Below are positions 62,398 through 64,000 of a stretch of 64,000 nucleotides of DNA, one piece after another. Position numbers and translations under genes: made by a program. The DNA comes from Bdellovibrionales bacterium. Lineage in GTDB: Bacteria; Bdellovibrionota; Bdellovibrionia; Bdellovibrionales; JAUICD01. Position 1 is the first letter of the stretch. Each line of letters starts with the position of its first letter. The notes under the pieces are model-generated. The model worked only from the letters and a program-made list of their open reading frames with translations. It had not been told where the DNA came from and did no database searches. The stretch is taken from assembly GCA_965203275.1 (NCBI GenBank), contig OZ241865.1:192001-256000 (forward strand). The letters run 5' to 3'.

Positions 62398-63501
62398 TCA
62401 AGAGTGTCTGATCAACATAACATCGCCATCTTGAACTTGATAGTCTTTTCCTTCAGATCGATAAAGACCTTTTTCCTTAATATCTGTTTCTGATTGCAAC
62501 CTAAAAAGATCTTCACATTTGTACACTTCTGCTCTGATAAAACCCTTTTCAAAATCAGAATGAATTGTACCTGCAGCTTGAGGAGCTAATGTTCCCTTTT
62601 TAATGGTCCATGCCCTAGTTTCCTTAGGGCCTGCCGTAAAGTAAGTCATTAAATGCAACAGTTTATAAGCTTCTAATACCAAACGATGCAGACCTGGCTT
62701 GTCTAATCCTGCTGACTGCAAAAACTCTACTTGTTCATCTAGAGGTAATTGTGATATTTCTGCTTCTAATTTTGAACAGAGCATAATGACTTGATTGTTT
62801 TGGCTTTTTGCTTTTTCTATCACTACTTTTATATCTCTATTGGTGCAATTCGTTAAATCTTGTGTGAGGTCATCTTCAGAGACATTGCATACATAGAGAA
62901 CAGGCTTAGCTGTTAAAAGGTGTAATCCTCGCAAATAATTCTGAACTTCTATAGAAGCTTGTGATGCAGGTTGACCTTCTTGTAAAATCTTGTAGACGCT
63001 CTCTGTGTATTCCATTTCTTTTTCTTGTAGAGGTGTGATCCCTGCCTTGTTTTGTTTTTTGAGTTTAGAGAGACGTTTTTCTATTGTTTCTAAGTCGGCA
63101 AGTAGCAGTTCTGTTTCAATAATAGATATATCATGTTCAGGATTGATCTGTCCATGTACATGGACAACATTGCTTTCTTTAAAGCATCTGACAGTATGAA
63201 TAATGGCTTGTGTTTCTCGAATATGGCTTAAAAATTTATTACCTAGTCCCTGTCCTTTGCTAGCTCCTTTAACCAAACCTGCAATATCGACAAATTCCAT
63301 GGTTGCGGGGATCACCTTCTGACTACCAATAATTTTTGCAATTTTATCTAAGCGAGGATCAGGTACAACCACTATCCCTGAATGAGGTTCAATAGTACAA
63401 AAAGGATAATTTGAGCTAGCAACATCTGCACTTGTTAAAGCATTAAAGAGAGTGCTTTTGCCTACATTAGGTAAACCCACAATTCCACATTTAAGTCCCA
63501 T
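62398..63501 (-). CDS. ychF: Redox-regulated ATPase YchF
   Basis: GIVGLPNVGKSTLFN, NYPFCTIEP, DIAGLVKGAS.G.GLGNKFL. Confidence 0.97.
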   Translation of the reverse strand: MGLKCGIVGLPNVGKSTLFNALTSADVASSNYPFCTIEPHSGIVVVPDPRLDKIAKIIGSQKVIPATMEFVDIAGLVKGASKGQGLGNKFLSHIRETQAIIHTVRCFKESNVVHVHGQINPEHDISIIETELLLADLETIEKRLSKLKKQNKAGITPLQEKEMEYTESVYKILQEGQPASQASIEVQNYLRGLHLLTAKPVLYVCNVSEDDLTQDLTNCTNRDIKVVIEKAKSQNNQVIMLCSKLEAEISQLPLDEQVEFLQSAGLDKPGLHRLVLEAYKLLHLMTYFTAGPKETRAWTIKKGTLAPQAAGTIHSDFEKGFIRAEVYKCEDLFRLQSETDIKEKGLYRSEGKDYQVQDGDVMLIRHS

Positions 63502-63515
63502 GTTTGTTGATCCTT

Positions 63516-63953
63516 TTAAGTTTGAAGGGGTTTAATAAGTTTATTTTTATTAGAAGGCTTGTGCATCTGAGCAAGCTTCCAAGTTGCATCAATGATCTGT
63601 TTAAGAGATGTACCCGGCCCAAAAACAGCAGTTACACCCATTTTAAGAAGATGATCTATATCGCTATCTGGAATAATGCCACCTACAAAAATAGGCTTTT
63701 TAATTTGAAGTGATTGCATTTCTTTTTGTAGAGATTCAACAAGTGTGAGATGACTACCTGAATGTATGGATAGACCAACGACATCTACATCTTCTTGCAT
63801 AGCTGCTGTAGCAATCATTTGTGTTGTTTGATGAAGTCCTGTGTAGATCACCTCAAAACCTTCATCTCGCAAAGCTTTAGCTACAACTTTAGCTCCTCGA
63901 TCATGCCCATCTAAACCAGGCTTAGCAATTAAAACACGGATAGGTCTGTCCAT
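63516..63953 (-). CDS. Cobalamin-binding subunit of methylmalonyl-CoA mutase family
   Basis: AKPGLDGHDRGAKV, EDVDVVGLS, GGIIP, FGPGT. Confidence 0.93.
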   Translation of the reverse strand: MDRPIRVLIAKPGLDGHDRGAKVVAKALRDEGFEVIYTGLHQTTQMIATAAMQEDVDVVGLSIHSGSHLTLVESLQKEMQSLQIKKPIFVGGIIPDSDIDHLLKMGVTAVFGPGTSLKQIIDATWKLAQMHKPSNKNKLIKPLQT

Positions 63954-64000
63954 TAGATATAAATATAACTTTTTATTAGATATTTGTAAAGAAACCTACC

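Overview
AT-rich bacterial chromosomal window. The gene set (T2SS/T4P, Tol, secreted HExxH peptidases, Cys-rich secreted proteins) suggests Bdellovibrionota, and the ankyrin and coiled-coil repeat expansions suggest a host-associated lifestyle; both are inferences. Housekeeping genes: glmS, dnaJ-like, grpE, yejBE-like, tolB, mrcB, pstSC, rlmB-like, glnS, rnc, exbBD/tolQR, gspDE, ychF and four tRNAs. The main system is a type V-A-related CRISPR locus (43.3-54.1 kb). Its only intact effector is a 1325-aa RuvC/zinc-ribbon nuclease resembling the Smithella-type Cms1 (Cas12a3/Cas12a2-like) clade. It is transcribed divergently from a cas12a broken by an internal deletion, and is followed by a deletion-fused cas4/cas1 remnant, an intact cas2 and a 6-spacer array with the Cas12a handle. 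Other notable items: a dispersed ~100-150 bp branched-hairpin repeat family with clear compensatory base changes (about 20 copies); an unannotated ~345-nt structured RNA candidate with its own promoter; a tandem array of nine membrane-anchored coiled-coil genes that differ in heptad number; an IS256 inserted inside an HExxH motif; and several internal-deletion scars in defence genes. Family assignments come from remembered motifs, not from database searches.
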